From NCBI RefSeq assembly GCF_009914755.1, contig NC_060935.1: a stretch of DNA of 64,000 nt. One strand, given 5' to 3'. The stretch is from the human T2T-CHM13v2.0 reference genome, Homo sapiens. A model generated the notes under the pieces. It had not been told where the DNA came from. It ran no database searches and saw nothing but the letters and a program-made list of their open reading frames with translations. Numbering within the stretch: position 1 is the stretch's first letter; each line of letters begins with the position of its first letter. A program made the position numbers and the translations under genes. Shown piece by piece: positions 1 through 18,056 of the stretch.

Positions 1-29
1 CGGTCCTTGTTAGTCTTTGGTATTCTAGA

Positions 30-200
30 GTAGTGCTTCTTAATTTGTAATGTGTCAAGGAATTACCTCGGGATTTGTTCAAATGCAGTTCTTATTCAGT
101 GGGTCTGATTTAGTAGGATTGGGACCTGAGATTCTGCATTTCTAACAATTTTCTGGTGATGCTGATACTGCTGGTTAAAGGAGTGCACAAATAGAATACT
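30..200. mobile_element. MER5A-like hAT-Charlie DNA transposon remnant
   Basis: cctgagattctgcatttctaacaa...ggtgatgctgat motif. Confidence 0.7.
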
Positions 201-394
201 GTTGAATGGCTTAAACTTAAATCCATAGAAATATCCTTAGAGATCATTTTAGCATTCCTATTTTAGGCTGGAATGAAACCTTTACTGAGTACCTAAATAC
301 AAATGAGTGGTTCCATCATTTCATGAGCTCTTATTTAATATAAAAACCCTGCAAAATATATGTTACCTACTTTTTCTTAAATCTATTATTTACA

Positions 395-673
<279 letters not shown>

Positions 674-1026
674 TCTATTATTTGTAAAGGCACAAAACAA
701 GTCTCTGAGAGATTGCAACTTCACAAAGACCGATCATACTTTTCCACAGATAGGCTCTTAATCATGTCAGCTCAGCAAACTTTGGTTGTATTTGGTGGCA
801 GTGCTAAGTCCTAGGGATACAAAGACAAAAAAGTCAGCGTCTCTACTTCTTGAGTCTGTTGAGAAGAGAAGGATGCAGGCAAATGATTGGGGTACAGGGA
901 GGCATCTGCTATAAAGAGGACATGAACATAGTAGTTGGGGCACCAGTATGCTGGTGCATAGAATGCAGGTAAGTAGTAGTGCCAGAATTCCAATCTAAGC
1001 CTTCATATGTATGGTCCACAGTTTCA

Positions 1027-1997
<971 letters not shown>

Positions 1998-2543
1998 TAT
2001 AACTATTTCCATTGCGTCTGCCTAAAAATCTTAGTAGTGTGGGCAGAACTTGATTAGGGATTGTTTAAGGCATATATGGTCAAGCATATGAATTTCAGAT
2101 ATTTATGTTTATGGAAGACTCCTTTGTAAAAAAAAACTGAAGAAGAATCAGAGGTGATACATTTTAGTTCCTGTTTATTTTGAAAGCCAAAAGTCTGCAC
2201 AAATTGCAGACCAAAGTATCACAAACTACTAACAAGGCAGTGGTTTCTAATAAATGTTGCTATCTTTGTCCTGAGCAACCTTGCAAAACTGTACATTCCC
2301 ACTCATAAAAAATGGAGAACTTTTTCCCTATAGTCTAGGGCAGAGTGATAAGTTTTTCTCATAATTCCACATAGCTTATAGTTAAACTCAGTGTAGAAGA
2401 GTGATGAACACAAAACAATACATACTGTATTCAAGAAATCAGAACAGGTGCAATTTAAATTTATAGGTGGGGAAGAGTCTTACTAGTGGGACAGATTGGA
2501 GAAAAGCTTCACAAAGATATGGCATAAGAATAGAGTAGAATTG

Positions 2544-2848
2544 GGTCAGGCACGGTGGCTCACGCCTGTAATCCCAGCACTTTGGGAGGCAATGTGGGTG
2601 GATCTTGAGGTCAGGAGTTTGAGACCAGCCTGGCCAACATGGTGAAACCTCATCTCTACTAAAAATAACAAAAGTTAGCCGGGTGTGGTGGTGCACCCCT
2701 GTAATCCCAGCTACTCAGGAGGCTGAGGCAGGAGAATCACTTGAACCCAGGAGGCGGAGGTTGCAGTGAGCTGAGATCACACCATTGCACTCCAGGCTGG
2801 GCAACAGAGTAAGACTCCGTCTCAAAAAAAAAAAAAAAAAAAAAAAAA
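2544..2848 (+). mobile_element. Alu (AluSx/Sz)
   Basis: Full-length; TSD agagtagaatt. Confidence 0.92.
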
Positions 2849-3533
2849 GAGTAGAATTTCAGTGGGTTGAAAACAATGGAGGCTGGGAGGACACAGGCTT
2901 TGGGGTGGACATACTGAGAATGTAGGGAGGTGGAAAGTGCATGACACTTCTGGGTACTGGAAAGACAGGAGTGAACAAGCCATGCGGCTGGGAGGACTGA
3001 ATGAATTACTAAAGTGATAGAATCATCTTACCAGAGAGAAAGCAGCTGATGAAGTAGGAGAAGAAACTATATGTAGACAAGTTATTAGGAAGAAGTGACA
3101 TTCAGAGTGGGAAGGGATGAGAGGGAGTTAGCTAAGCAAAGAAGGTAGAGAGAAGAGTTCCTGCAGGGAGCAACTGCAGTTGTGAAGGTCCTGGAGCTGG
3201 GAGAGGAGATGTTTGAGGAACTGAGAGAAGATTGAATGAGGAGGGATGTGAAATGATGTGGAGGAATAGATAGAGCCTGGCATGTTGGATGCTTTCAGTA
3301 CCGAAGCAGTGCTATATAATGCCTGACTATAGAGGATAACCCACTAAAAATTTGAGAATTTTCCTTTAGGGAGCTGAGCCTTGAGTCAGAGGACTTCCTC
3401 CTTAGAGGAGGTGAGGTAAGATGATCATGTGGCTGTGGTACATACAAAGTTTAATGTTGGAGTTGAATAAGACCAATTTGGAAGTTACTGCTAAAACTTT
3501 GTCATGGAAATGTGAAAGTTTATGTGAAAGTTT

Positions 3534-3822
<289 letters not shown>

Positions 3823-4004
3823 TCAAAATATGGGAACATATCTTGTGAAGTGTCAAATGTCCAGTTGGAGGAGAAAGACTAGTATTGACCCTGTGAGAGG
3901 CATTAAAGATATGGGAGTCATTTATGTGAATATGGCAAGCCATGGGATTTCATGAAAGTTCCAAGAAAAGAGGATTAAAAAAATATGATTACTGTTTGTC
4001 ATAA

Positions 4005-4250
4005 TTGTGGTGTAGTATTCAAGAGCATGATTTCTGGAGAGCTCAACTGTCAAGGTTTGAATCTCACTCTGCCACTTACTAGGTTGGGCTGAATGATCCT
4101 GGACAAGCTAACTTTTCTTTGCCTTAGATTCCTCATCTGTAAAGTGGGTATAATAATAGTACCTCCATCGTAGGGTTGTTAAGTGACTTAACATTTGCTT
4201 GCAAAGAACTTAGGAAAAGTGCCGTGTACATAGTAAGAACAGTTTGTGAA
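4005..4250 (+). mobile_element. MIR
   Basis: ttcctcatctgtaaagtggg...ataatagtacct core. Confidence 0.7.
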
Positions 4251-4812
4251 TCATCATAAATACACGAGACCAGAATTTCAAAACAAGCAGCAGGCAGAAT
4301 GTTCCTTTAAAAGGTCATTGAATGTACTTTTCCAGCTACTCTTGTTACTTTCTAAGGAAACTACTTGATAATCCTGTACTTTGTAGGACTCATCAGGGTG
4401 TGTTTAGTAAACTTCAGTGTCCTAGGTGACTTCTTTATTCCCAAATTGTGGGGCAGGTGACAAGGGGAGGTTGGTCCTCTAACTCGTGGTGTAGTTAATC
4501 AGGATTTTCCTGTTTGAATAGACATGGCAAATGGTTTTAGTTAGTCATTACTAATGCAAGAGGGTCCTTAGGCAAGAGCAGGAAGTTAATGGTGAGTCAC
4601 CTTCAGTGTTATGACATGGAGTATTTCTTTTTAAAATATCACAGGGAGTTGGTTTTTGCTATAGTAGCTAAGTTGTCAATCAAGTAATACTAGTAGTAAA
4701 TCTTACATAAAAACTCGCTTCCCTCAAGTTTAAGTAGTTCTAATTTATGCATTATTTTATATATTGCCTACTACTCTCTTTTTGCTTATCCTGAATCAAA
4801 TTTCTCACCCTC

Positions 4813-5221
4813 TGTCAATCTAATTTTGTGTTGCTATAAAGGAATAACTGAAACTGAGTAATTTATAAAGAAAGGTTTAATTTGGCTCACAGTTCTGCAG
4901 GCTGTACAGGAAGCATGGTGCCAGCGTCTGCTTCTGGTGAGGACCTCAGGAAGCTTACAATCCTAGCAAAAGGCAAGTGGGAACCAGTGTGATACATGGT
5001 GCAAGAAAGTGAGTGGGAGAAGTCCCAGGCTTTTAAACAACCAGATCTCAGGTGAATTGAATGAGAACTCACTTATGACCAAGGGGATGGTGCGAAGCCA
5101 TTCATGAGGTACCCCACCCCCCACCCCGTGACCCAGTCACCCCCCACCAGGCCCCACCTCCAACTTTGGGAATCCCATTTCACTATGAAATTTGGAGGGG
5201 ACAAACATCCAAACCATGTCA
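4813..5221 (-). mobile_element. MaLR LTR (MSTB-like) solo LTR
   Basis: ggctcacagttctgcaggctgtacaggaagcatgg; ends ggggacaaacatccaaaccatgtca. Confidence 0.8.
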
Positions 5222-6078
5222 CCCTCTTTACGTCTCATTAAAATGCTGGCCTGTTTCTCTCTTCCTTTTTGCTATAGGGCCTACTTCTAATCTTTTCTTC
5301 GAAAGAAGACTTTGGTATTGGTGGTCAGGCATGATAGCCCAGCCTTGAAAAGCTTCCACATCTTTTTCACGTCTAAGGGCCCAGCTTTCGAGTGTGTAAA
5401 AGTTATTTGGGGTGAAAATGTGTATTATCCATTCTCACCAATCTAGAGGTTGTCATGAGTTTGGGGGATTGGAATTACTGTTTAATAATGGTAATCCCCT
5501 TTAAGTATTTACTGGTTGAAATAATTAAAGTTTTTCTGGTAGATTCTTAACCATAAAAACGAAGCGAACTGCTTATTCTGCCCCATCCACAGGTAGCAGC
5601 CTCTTCATGCTTGCCCCTGCCTGGAATGCCCATGCCCGGAATGTCACATGTTTGGCTAGGAATGCATTTAGGTCAGAGCTTACAGGTCACTTCCTGCCCT
5701 TGATCTGCTTTTCTAAAAAACTGTTTCCCATTTTTCTTTTTCTTTCCCATTTTTCATTTTTCTTTCTTTCATGCATGCTGCTTTATTTTTGCTGCACGTA
5801 TCATTAGCCAACATTGTACTGTCTTCTATCTGGAACATAAATTCCATCAGATAGGGACTATGTTGTTTATTGCTCCATCTCCAGGGCCTGAATATAGTAG
5901 GAACTCAATAAATACTTGTTGAGTAAAAGTATTTGCTATATCCCTGTCCCTTCAGTTTAAATGATACATAAAAATAATGCAGAAATTGAGCTTACATAGA
6001 AAGAATGAAACAATATTTTGTTTTACAAGCATAAACAAAGGATTTTAATTACATTCATTTCAGCCAACATTTATTCTA

Positions 6079-6343
<265 letters not shown>

Positions 6344-6469
6344 TAATCTATTTCTAATTAGTAGATCCTATACTGGACAAAAATGGAAAATGCAAAATAT
6401 ATACTCCTGTGTTCAGGAATTTCACAGTCTAGCCAGGAAGAAAACATGCATAATGAAATAATACTGAAT

Positions 6470-6811
<342 letters not shown>

Positions 6812-6897
6812 CTATGACATAGATATAAAGAAATTTTTTTACTAGCACAGAGAAAGAACTCTTCATCTGTATTGAGGAAGTGAAAAGTTCTCAACTA

Positions 6898-7719
<822 letters not shown>

Positions 7720-7881
7720 TCATGGTAGATTTGCCTAATCCTAGCAGACGTGACTGTGTACTATTCCCAGACCTGCATAGATTGATCTCCAAACTGCCTA
7801 AAATGAATAGATGTGGTTGTGTATAACTCAGATAAATTTGAGAAATACTTCTGTACTAGCTGAAGAATTCTAAGTGGTTGT

Positions 7882-8188
7882 GTTTTGTTTGTTTTTGTTG
7901 TTGTTTTTTGAGACGGAGTCTCACCCTGTTGCCCAGGCTGGAGTGCAGTGGCGTGATCTGGCTCACTGCAACCTCCACCTCCCAGATTCAAGTGATTCTC
8001 CTGCCTCAGTCTCCTGAGTAGCTGGGATTACAGGCCCTCACCACCACACCCGGCTAATTTTTTGTATTTTTAGTAGAGACGGGGTTTCACCATGTTAGTC
8101 AGGCTGGCCTCAAACTCCTGACCTCGTGATCCCCTGCCTCAGCCTCCCAAAGTGCTGGGATTACAGGCGTGAGCCACCATGCCTGGCC
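7882..8188 (-). mobile_element. Alu (AluS)
   Basis: TSD ctaagtggttgt. Confidence 0.9.
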
Positions 8189-9768
8189 CTAAGTGGTTGT
8201 TTTAAATCAGTGGTTCCTTAGACCGGCATCAGCACCACCTGGGAATTTTCAGGCCTGCTGAATCAAAAAGTATAGGGGTAAGGCTCAGCAACATGTGTTT
8301 TAACAAACCTTCCAGGTGATTCTGATGAATATTTATAGCACATTATAATCAGAATATAAATTGAACATAAAGGCATCCTAAATTGATTTTGATCGAGCCA
8401 CTGTGGTCTCCTCTTACATTTATTTTTGTGGTAATCCTACATTTCCCCCCTTGGACTTAACCTTCCTGCATCCTAACCCTAGCCCAAACAGATGATTGAA
8501 ACACATTTTCACTAAGTGTAATTTGTTTCACTTTCAGAAAACATATCACTTTTTGCTTTCTCTCCTTTTCATGGTTATTCAACAGTTAGTTTAAGAGAAT
8601 GACTTGGAATCCTGCATTGAGAATCAAGTCACTGAATTTCTTCTAAGGACCACTGGACTAAAAATTCTTTTTTTGTGAATAAAGCCTTTATCTGTATTGT
8701 TCCATTAACACTGGAAGAATTGTTTCTTTTCAGTTTTCTCTATCTTAATTCTATGACAAAGATAGTGTGGTGAAAAGTTATTTAAAGGTGATCTTTTCTA
8801 ATCTATTCCTTGCCTTTGGTGAGCAGCTTTCTTTCAGTACAAAGAAAGTATCCTATTTTGGGCCATCTCTTTCCATATAACATTATATTTTACCCAGAGA
8901 GTATTAAATGAAAGATAAAATGAATATAAAGTATTATTTTGTATTTGGTATATATGTGTTGGTATAAATGTTAATTGCAAATAATATAGGTTCTACATGA
9001 TTTTAAGCTTACAGAAAGTTCAAAGTATTACTTAAAAGGCAAGACATTGATTCTTCCATCAAACATTTATTGAGCAGCTATTCAGGTATTAGCCTACAAG
9101 CTTGTAAAGAAGAATGACTTGATCATTGCCAGGAGAACAGATATGTAATCAAGTAATTACAATTCTACCTGTTAAATGTGCATGGAGAATGGAAGAGGAA
9201 ACTAATTTCTGTCTGAGGTAGTATGGAAAGGCTGAATTAAAGAAGTGACATCTGAGCTGTCTCTTGCAGGATGACTAAGAGTTTAGGAGGTAGGGGATGC
9301 AGAGTATTTGTGATAATGGGAACGGCATATACAAGGAGATGGCATGATTTTATGGAAAGTTGGTGGGAAAACTGGGTATCTGAAGAAGACTTCAGAAATG
9401 AATCCAGCTAGTAAAGAATTTAGGCATTTTCCTCTTGATGGAGAGCAATAGGAATGTTCTTTAGTAAGAATGAATGACATGTTTAAAAGATGAATCGAAA
9501 ATATTTTAAGAAGAGAAACCCCTGGTGACTGATAGAGGACCTTGGAGTGAGAAGAGATGACAAGCCAGTTACTGAGGAAGTGGTCAAAAAAGAGAGCTGG
9601 TAAGTATTGATGGCTGAGTTCTCTGAGATGGACTGTGGCAGACCCATCGGAGAGAATATAAGTGGAATTTACAAAATGAAGTGAGTGGAGCAGGTAGGGA
9701 AGGTTGGTTTGTATCCTAGGTATCTCTTGTGGCTCTCATTCAGACAGCTAAGGTGGGGAATAATGCTG

Positions 9769-9772
<4 letters not shown>

Positions 9773-9808
<36 letters not shown>
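9773..9808 (+). repeat. (TG)18 microsatellite
   Basis: Counted directly. Confidence 0.97.
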
Positions 9809-9811
<3 letters not shown>

Positions 9812-9864
9812 AAACCACATATATGAAACCCATATATTCAAGCAGGCTTGAAAGCTACAATGAG

Positions 9865-10226
<362 letters not shown>

Positions 10227-10889
10227 CTATTGACTTGTTCATCACCATGTATAGTCACATGGTATTTTCAGTGCCTAAAAATTTTAAATACAGTTAGTTG
10301 TTTTGCAAAAGCTTTTTATAATTCAGCCATTTTACAGTTAAAGATAGTAGCAAACCATTAATATTCAGTTTTGGAGTTCTGTCTTTCTGGGGAGGAAATA
10401 GAGCCCAAAATGACAGTGAAAGCTGGTGAGAAAAGGTTTGATATACATGTGATAAACAGGTTTGCTTCTCATTCAGCCTCTGGTAAACTTGGGATGTGTA
10501 CAACAAATTCTACCTCTGGACTTGGTTAGTAGTGTGTACTACACATCCAGGACTGAAGGGGAGCCTTCCTAAGGATTCTAGGCATGGAGAAAACTAATTC
10601 CACACGTCTGCATTTCCTAACAGGATTTTACCCCATCAAAGTAGACCTTTGAAAATGCAGCTGCAAATTGATCTGTTCCTAATACGAATGAAACTGGCCT
10701 AAAAATAGGACTTTGGGTCCCATGGGCCTTGTGTGAGTGGTCAGTTTAACCAAAGTTACTTATTCAGCATCACCCATGAGACTGGTGTGGACTGCCAATA
10801 CAGGAAGAAGGGAATTGTTCTATTTGTGCATAGGAGGGATACTTAGGCTCTGGTCATCTGTGGGAGATGAGTGAAAAGAAGTATAGTTG

Positions 10890-11125
10890 TGAAGAGCAGT
10901 CAGTGGGTTAGGAATCACGCTGCCTGGCTTTGAGTACCATTCCTGGTACTAACTAGCTTTGGGATCTTGTACCAGACTGATCAACCTGGCACTTTGTGCC
11001 TCAGTTTCCTCATTAGAATAAGTAGTACTACTGCTTATGTCATTTGTTTACTGTAAGAATTAAATGAATTAATGTACATAATATATAAGAACAATGACTA
11101 GCACAAGATAAGTGTTCAATTCATG
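10890..11125 (+). mobile_element. MIR
   Basis: tgtgcctcagtttcctcat core. Confidence 0.7.
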
Positions 11126-12011
11126 TTAGTCCACAGAAGAAAAGATTTTAGCCATGTACTGACCATCCCAGTTTGTATCTCCTGCCCTGCCTCTTTTGAT
11201 TCCTGTTGGAAATGGGAACTGGGGGAGTTGGGAGGGACAAGGAAATCAGGAAGAATTATGTTTGAATACTTTAGTTATTTATTCTGGGCCTCTCTTTTCA
11301 TTGCTGTTACCTCCCAAGAGCAATTGTCTTGACTTCTCTATTCCTATAAAGATAGGAAAATCCTTTTAGAGTTAACTGTATTCTTTAGTCCTATCTCTCA
11401 AATGATGTTCCTTAAAGTTTGCCTTCCAACAACTTTAGCACTTATCTTGCCTCCTCCCAAGCCTCCAACAAGCTTAAACTTCAAATTGCAACCCCAACCC
11501 ATTAGCAATTTCTGGTCTGCTGAAAAATAAGCTTTGTTTGGACTGTAGCTTTCTGTCTTACAGTTTTCTTGGTGTGAGCCACTCACATAAAACATGGAAA
11601 TAAATAGAGCTTGGCTGTCTTAGCTAAAATGTGCTTTATATTAAATAGAATGTTTATGATATTTTCAACGTTCTAAAAATACTTGCATGTATTTCTTATT
11701 AATGAACCTTGGTGTTCCTAGGAAGGTATTGTCACAAAACTGATTGGATTGGGTGGTAGTTTCTGAGCTGCAAGCTCTTCCGTGTCTTATGTTAACAGTA
11801 ATAGTAATTATTTGGGCCATGACTTCCAAAAGGATTTTTTGGAAAAAAATTTTTTTTCTTCATCTCTGTGTTGAGGAATATTCATTTTATTATTTGGTGG
11901 TTTCTTTTTAGTGGAGAAGAAGCAGGTATATAGGTTTACCTTTCTTCTCTGAACACAGCCTTAAATATGTTTCAATGAATTGTTTTATGTTAAGATGTGT
12001 TTTCTTTTTAA

Positions 12012-12314
<303 letters not shown>

Positions 12315-12883
12315 TGACCCTGCCCACCCAATGTTTACCAGTAGTGTTTTTATCCTTCTCATTGTAAACTTGAGAAATTTAGATCTGAATCAGATTTTTA
12401 GGGCTCCTCAGGTTGGGGTGGGGGAATGTCATAATGGCCGACTAACCAGAATCACTTGTTCCTTTCACATTTTGGGAGAAACACAGTGATTGTTTTTAAA
12501 ATGTTTTTTTTTTTTAGCTGCAATAATAATCAGGCTGTCATGCAACACCTCAGACCAGGAGTACCAGCTTTTGTCAGTGACCTGATGTCTGCTTGTGCTT
12601 AGGTTCTGAGAGTGATGAGTACCATCTTATGCCTGGGTGTTGTAGTGTTTCCCATCCTAAGGAGGAACATGTCACCCCAGAAATGGCCCAGTGAAAGCAT
12701 TTTGCCCCCTCTTCTGTCTCTCTCGAAAAATAAATGTTTTTTTTTCTTCATTCAGAAAACAAAGAAAGCCATATTCCCCTCCAGATCTCATGAATAAATC
12801 ACATTTGCACAAAGGAACCCCTCCCCTTCCAAATGTGTACATTTTGATAAGGGTGTAACCAGTTCTTCAGTGCTTTTTAAAAA

Positions 12884-12884
<1 letters not shown>

Positions 12885-12932
<48 letters not shown>
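12885..12932 (+). repeat. (TG)24 microsatellite
   Basis: Counted directly. Confidence 0.97.
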
Positions 12933-12936
<4 letters not shown>

Positions 12937-14569
12937 AAACTGTTTTCAGTTTTTCATTTGGGTTTCTGAGATATTTTTCCAAGGCCATGGAATATGCATC
13001 TAAAAAAGAGCAGATAATTGTGGTTTTGAAGCTTCATCTTGGACTAGATGCAGCTAAATGAAAACAATGTGCAGATCACTGAATAGGTCAGACTGAGGGG
13101 ACTCGGAACCTTTGAAGCTTTACAGGGTTTGACCTAACAACAACTGCGGGGCCCTCACGGGAAAGAGGAATTAACTCTGTGAATGCCATGAAAACACAAC
13201 CCTGCGGGGGGAAAAAAGAAAAAACTGTATCTGGAGCTGGTTGGATAAAATAACTTCTCCATCGGGAATATTATGAGCAGTTATTTTGTGTCTTATATAT
13301 ACCTTTAAAAAAATAAATTCAAGTTTGCCCCAAACTGACTGAACCCCCTGTTCAAGTTAAGTCAATGGCAGGATCAGGGCAGTGATGTCATTTTGACAGA
13401 TAACCGGTTTGGCTTAAATACTGTCCTTTTAAGCTTCAAGACCTGTTTGGGTGTTAAAAAAGTAATGAGGTATGTTAATAATTTGCAACTTCAGATTCTG
13501 TTTACTATTTGAATTAGCCCTTGTGATTGGAACAGGAAACCAAGTAAGATAGAGAATTTAATAAATGCGGCCAATTGTATGGACTGGAACAATAACAGCC
13601 ATGTTTCCTTAAATTATCTCTAATGAAATGAATGAATTCAGTTTCTCCACATTTTGGAAATTCTGAAGAATGGTGTTGCGGAATTTTTTTCCCTGACATA
13701 AGGTTATGAAAGATGATGACGAACGCTTTACCAACTGCAGAGATCAGGAAGAACAAAGCTTTTTAAAGAAAAAAATTTTTTCCTTTAAAACAGTGAAATA
13801 AAACAACTTTTCTGTAAGCTTAAGTAGACTATTGATTACACACACAGCTTGGTCTTTTGTTTTAAGAGGAGGAGGTACTTTAAAAAAACACTACCACCCT
13901 CCAGCACGTTATGTACACACAGGCATACAGTTAGATGTGCCCAGAAAAAGTTTCATAAAATTCTCTTATTGCATTTAGTTTCCCTTTTTGGGCCCACCGT
14001 GTGTGTATTCCAGACAGGCTTGACAATATGCCAGAGCTTTTTATTTTGTGGCCCGACTTTTAATCTGTTCCAGACCTTTTCACTCAGAGAGCTCAAGTGT
14101 AACTGAAGGGGGGCAGGAAAGAAAAAAACGTGTGGGTTTCTCTGATCTAGAGTGACAGCAAATAGAGACAAGCTGTTAGCTGCTGGATTTGAAGTTTTCC
14201 TTGAAATCAGAAGTTCTGCATAGTGGATTATGTTTTATCTCTGCCAAAGAAATATAAACTATCCCCTTGTTTCTGACCCTTTGGGCCATACAAACACAAA
14301 CAAATGGTGTAGGATATTGCTTTCATGATTGTGGAGTTTGCTTTTCGATATTCTTCAAATCTATATTAAAATATTTATCAATTTTTGGCTTAAGTCAAGT
14401 AGATGTGTGTCTTTCAGTGTCTTAGAATGGGAGCTAAGCCCCTAGAGAAGCTTAATTTTAGCTCCTTCAAACAACCCCTTTTATATGTTTATTTATCAGA
14501 TGCTTTCAGATTAATTATAGTTAGAATATAGCCATTTGCTTTAAGATTAAACATATTTAGTAATTACAC

Positions 14570-14902
14570 TTCATTTGCTGCATAATAACGTTTCAGTCAG
14601 CGGCAGACCACATATACAGTCGTGGTCCTATATGATTCTAATACTGTGTTTTTACTGTAACTTTTCTATGTTTAGATACACAAATACTACCCGTTGTGCT
14701 ACAGTTGCCTACAGTGTTCAGCACACTAACAGGCTGTCAGTTCTGTAGCTTGGGGCGATAGGCTATACCTTACAGCCTAGGCATGTAGTAGGCTATACCA
14801 TCTAGGTTTGTGTAAGTACTCTCTAAGATGTTTGCACAGTGACAGAATTGCCAATGATCCATTTCACAAAGCATATCCTGGTTATTAAGTGACACATGAC
14901 TA
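14570..14902 (+). mobile_element. Tigger3a (MER7A)-like DNA transposon
   Basis: ggctataccatctaggtttgtgtaagta core; catgact terminus. Confidence 0.8.
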
Positions 14903-16416
14903 TATTTATAGTATCAATCCTTCACATCTCACATGAAATTAATGTTATTTATGTAATTTTAGGGAATAAAAGAGTAATTTGTTGTGGATTGGGTTTTTTA
15001 ATGATTTTTTTCTTTAACATTTAAAAGCTATTTCTTTAATATTTTAATTTTAGAGAATTCATTAGTAATTTATAACAAATCATGAAGTGACATCAGATGG
15101 CAATAAGGATGCCCTGATGTTTATTGAGTTTTAAGAAAAATAGGGCTTTTTTTGTTTGTTTTTTTAAGGAGTCATATTAGGAGTGTTTTTACTCTTTGTT
15201 CAAGAAAATGGTTCCTTGAGTATTATGCAAGCCATTAAATTATTTCATATAAACACATAGGAGGTGATTTTTTTTCCCTGGAGATTTTGTACTGGCAAAC
15301 ATGAGTCTCAGGTTTAAACATCACCTTGTATGTTGTAGATCTATTACTGTATATAATACAGTCATGGACATTTTCCAGTAAAAGGCGTAATGAAAACACA
15401 ATGAAATTATAATTGCTGTTCAGAATGAAAAAAGATCTTTAAAACACTAATAGTTGATAAACTGATCTTTAATGTTATTTTCGCTATTGTTTATATTATA
15501 AAAAGATGTATTAAAATATTGTTACCAATCTGTGTTTTAGGAAATAAGTGCTGATGGCACCACTGGGATAAAAATATTTGGTGTAAACAAAATATTGGAG
15601 CAAGAGATTTGGGGAAAAAATTATACTTCTGAATTTTAAAGCAAGTAATGAACAGTCCAGAGTGACAAAAACAGAATATTTAATTCCTAACTACAGTTCT
15701 GTGCACAGAAATTCTATGTGTAGAAATGTCAGAGGTATTAAACCTCATAGGTTGATTTTGGTTCCTTTGTTTCAGTTTCCCAAAACTTGCTTTCTGTGCA
15801 TTTACATACACGTGTGTATGTGTTACTATAATGTCTTGAAATAAGAAATAAAAGGATAAGTAAAATACAAATACCTATATGCAATTTATTAAAATAAGAC
15901 TAAAGCCGAAGGTTGTTGAGACTTCTTTTTCATCAGAGTTAAATATTTGGCATTAATAATTAAATATCTATAAAAATTTTGAGACATTCATTAACATTTT
16001 TTCTTTTTTAAGCCAAATATTTCTGTTGTTAAAAATAATATTTTCCTTTTGATGAAAATGCACCTAACAACCAACTAAATAACTAAGAATCCATCCTATT
16101 AGTGTTGGGGGAAAACCACTGAAGTCTCTAGAAACCAAATTGGTAACTTTATTAATGGAGTCTTGAGCAAAGAGAATGTCAGCATCTAATTATTTAAATT
16201 TTATCAAAGCAAGTCTCTTGATAGCTGTATGCTAAAAGTGAGGTTTTTTTTGTTCTGTTTTGTTTTGTTTTGAGGTTTGAGGCTTTTTTTCCCCTTATCA
16301 ACTCAAGTCTTTCCTGGTTATCCTGGGCTGTCAGTATTTGGTTATGGACTACATTAATTACTTAGCGTACAGAGGAAAAGATGTGTGTTTTAGATAAAAA
16401 GAGCTATTGCGAGCTA

Positions 16417-17270
<854 letters not shown>

Positions 17271-17735
17271 TTATTAACTGATAAAACTCACAAAATTTGG
17301 CCCTCATAATGAGTCCTCTAATCATCATTTTTTCAGTGGGGAGAATGCTACTCTTCTGATCACTGCAGAACATTCAACATCCCTGGCCCGCTAAGTGCCA
17401 TAGCACCACACAGCCATTACGATTCCTCGGACCACCAACACTTTTTTTTTTTTTTTTAAATGCTGGGAGAGTTAGGGAATATGGTCTAAAATCTGAGCCC
17501 CTCTGAGATCAGGGAAATTATACCCAAGGTTATATAGTTAAATGGCAAAACTGAAATTTGAATTTGATCTTTTGATACCTAGAATTTAAAAGAAATTTAG
17601 ATTCAATGCAGTTAATCTTTCAGAAATACCTACTAATGCTGATACATGAAAATTTGAGAGGGAGAAAAATAGTGGTTAATGCACTTGCATCTTGTATTGT
17701 GACTCATCTTGAATAAGTTACCCAAAGATAATGAG

Positions 17736-18056
17736 TTTTTCTTTTTTTCTTTTCTTCCTTTATTGTTTCTTTCTTTTTTGGAGAGAGGGTCTCACTCTCA
17801 TCGCCCAGGCTAGAGTGCAGCATGGCTCAATCTCAGTTCACTGCAGCCTTAATTCCTGGGCTCATACAAGCCTCCCGCCTGTAGCTGGGACTACAGGCAT
17901 GTGCCACCATACCCTGCTAATTTTTTTGTGTTTTTAGTAGACATGGGGTTTTGCCGTGTTGCCCAGGCTGGTCTCAAACCCCTGGGGCTCAAGCAGTCTA
18001 CCTGCCTCTACCTCCCAAAGTGCTGAGTTTACAGGTGTGAGCCATAGGGCCTGGCC
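17736..18056 (-). mobile_element. AluJ
   Basis: Reverse Alu with J-type features. Confidence 0.85.
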
